Shown here in pieces: positions 56,168-57,346 of a stretch of 57,346 nt of DNA (position 1 is the first letter of the stretch; each line of letters starts with the position of its first letter). Below the pieces are notes generated by a model that saw nothing but the letters and a program-made list of their open reading frames with translations, searched no databases and was not told the origin of the DNA. The stretch comes from Armatimonadota bacterium (GTDB lineage Bacteria; Armatimonadota; SYMT01), in assembly GCA_046292385.1 (NCBI GenBank), contig JBKBRF010000045.1, positions 1 to 57,346 of the forward strand, in the 5' to 3' direction. Made by a program: the position numbers and the translations under genes.

Positions 56168-56190
56168 TCCGATAAGGTTCAATTATCGGA
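56168..56190. promoter_or_regulatory. lox/dif-like crossover site candidate, TCCGATAA-N7-TTATCGGA
   Basis: Perfect 8-bp arms around an asymmetric 7-bp spacer, about 65 bp upstream of the recombinase gene. Confidence 0.65.
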
Positions 56191-56203
56191 GCCCAGAAAC
56201 GGG

Positions 56204-56626
56204 CTAGGAGACGGGGGTCTGGACCCGGCGGAGCTTCTCCCGGGCGGCCGCGGACCGGCGCTTCACCGTCCGCTCCGGCATGCCGAGAAAGGCTGCCGCT
56301 TCCGCTACTCCGAGCTGCGCGGAGAGGGTGAGCGACTGGGCTTCTTCGCGGGTGAGGTGGGCCGCGGAAATCCTCTCTTCCACCTCGGCCCGATCCGTGA
56401 GACTGCCGATGATCTCACGGGAGATCAGCTCGTCGGAGAGGGCGCGCTCCCGCCGGCGCCGGTGCCGGAGCTGGTGCTCCGAGAGGACCGGGTAGGGGTC
56501 GCCCTCAACGACACCCACCTGGGTGAGCAGCGTGGTCCCGAGCGCGTCCAGCACTGCCGGCAGCTCCACGCCGGGACGCAGCAGCGGACGCAGCGCTGCG
56601 TAGAGTTGCCTCCCCATATCCGCCAT
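56204..56626 (-). CDS. Sigma-70 region 4-like HTH regulator (paralogue of 53280-53765)
   Basis: LTREEAQSL...GVAEAAAFLGMPERTVKRR...AREKL; GGGAGG RBS. Confidence 0.7.
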   Translation of the reverse strand: MADMGRQLYAALRPLLRPGVELPAVLDALGTTLLTQVGVVEGDPYPVLSEHQLRHRRRRERALSDELISREIIGSLTDRAEVEERISAAHLTREEAQSLTLSAQLGVAEAAAFLGMPERTVKRRSAAAREKLRRVQTPVS

Positions 56627-56666
56627 ACGCCCTCCCGTCGCGGGGACATAGGAATCCCCTATGCAG

Positions 56667-56696
56667 ATTATAGGGGGAGTGAGCGCTTTCCTGCAA
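56667..56696 (-). promoter_or_regulatory. Promoter for the right-end minus-strand genes
   Basis: TTGCAG, 18-bp spacer, perfect TATAAT on the minus strand. Confidence 0.55.
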
Positions 56697-56722
56697 TCGG
56701 GGTAGGCGCTTGCCCGCTTGGA

Positions 56723-56740
56723 TTATGCCGCGCGGCATAA
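56723..56740. promoter_or_regulatory. Palindrome copy E, perfect TTATGCCGCGCGGCATAA
   Basis: Intergenic; 22 bp (56721-56742) identical to 18758-18779. Confidence 0.7.
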
Positions 56741-56754
56741 CCGGGAGGCTTGAG

Positions 56755-57192
56755 CTAGTTCGGCGCGCCCGCCTTCTCCAGCGCCGCGAACAGCGCCTTC
56801 TGCTCCCACCTCGGGCGCCCGTGGGCCCACCGGTCTCCGAGCCACTCCGCCCGCAGCTCCGGCAGGTACTCAAGGTAGGCCCCGATGCCGAACCGGCGGG
56901 CGCAGGCGACCAGCGCCTCCGCCGTGGTGGCGCCGAGGTGGGTCTTCTGAACTCCCAGCACGGTGAGGCGGCCGAGCACTCCCTCCGGCATCGGCGTCCA
57001 GTCGTACGACCAGCCGGCCGGACCGACCACCGCGTCGAGGCGATTCATGGCCGCCTGAGCGGGGACCGTCACGATCACCCGAGTTACTCCCGGCGCGCGG
57101 TCCTCGGGCTCGAGCTGGAGCTCGTCATCCCAGATCACATCCGCGAGGCGGGACAGGATCTCGGGAGTGAGGGAGGGTCGCGGACGTGACAT
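56755..57192 (-). CDS. Rad52/Rad22 (Sak/DdrA-like) annealase-domain protein
   Basis: MNRLDAVVGPAGWSYDW...RLTVLGV.K...AL..CARRFGIGAYL..LP; start uncertain. Confidence 0.7.
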   Translation of the reverse strand: MSRPRPSLTPEILSRLADVIWDDELQLEPEDRAPGVTRVIVTVPAQAAMNRLDAVVGPAGWSYDWTPMPEGVLGRLTVLGVQKTHLGATTAEALVACARRFGIGAYLEYLPELRAEWLGDRWAHGRPRWEQKALFAALEKAGAPN

Positions 57193-57225
57193 TTGTGCGA
57201 GGAGAGGGGAAACCACACCCGTTAC

Positions 57226-57346
57226 ACATCTCGGGCTCCCTTTTCCCTCGCTAAGCAGGCTCCGGCAACCAGTAGTTCCGGACCTGAATCGTCGGCTTCA
57301 TCCCCTTCGCGACGGTGACCCGCAGGACGCTCTGGTAGATCTGCTG
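57226..57346 (+). repeat. 121-bp direct repeat, copy 2 (circular attP junction)
   Basis: Identical to 117-237; ends at the window edge. Confidence 0.95.

Larger units (their letters stand above)
117..57225. mobile_element. Complete temperate prophage (siphovirus-like), unit length 57109 bp
   Basis: Integrase, repressor, replication, terminase, portal, capsid, tail tube, tape measure and lysin genes; no sheath gene recognised; bounded by the repeated 121-bp junction. Confidence 0.93.

Noticed and set aside
1..57346. CRISPR array, rRNA, IS transposase, ParA ATPase, JAB peptidase
   Set aside because: No regularly spaced repeat-spacer array or diagnostic motifs were recognised; absence is by eye and needs HMM confirmation

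Overview
The window is an apparently complete ~57.1 kb temperate siphovirus-like prophage (unit 117-57225) from a high-GC bacterium, plus 116 bp of host DNA at the left end. The last 121 bp (57226-57346) exactly repeat 117-237 but have a different left flank. The assembly therefore seems to capture both the integrated junction and the circular attP junction of a large serine integrase. Order: lysogeny module on the minus strand (integrase, Zn-finger/AlpA-like protein, ImmA-like protease, HipA-like kinase plus DUF3037-like partner, XRE repressor). Next is an early operon on the plus strand (Cro-like, Bet, Gam-like, prim-pol/helicase, iteron origin, SF2 helicase, RusA-like, a PRTRC cassette of ParB/Ubl/F/E2/E1, J-domain protein, DEDDh exonuclease). 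Then a convergent late operon on the minus strand (terminases, portal, capsid, a lysis cassette inside the head region, tail with morons). The right end carries a Cre-like recombinase with a lox/dif-like site, two sigma-4-like paralogues and a Rad52-like annealase. The most notable signals are: (1) a JAB-less ubiquitin-like PRTRC cassette inside a phage; (2) a palindrome, TTATGCCGCGCGGCATAA, in five copies 8-15 kb apart around the circle, one inside parB; (3) a 62-bp element shared in inverted orientation by two unrelated genes; (4) a UUU-CGU +1 frameshift in the tail chaperone; (5) hairpin-dense intergenic candidate RNAs. All family assignments come from motif recognition by eye, not from database searches.
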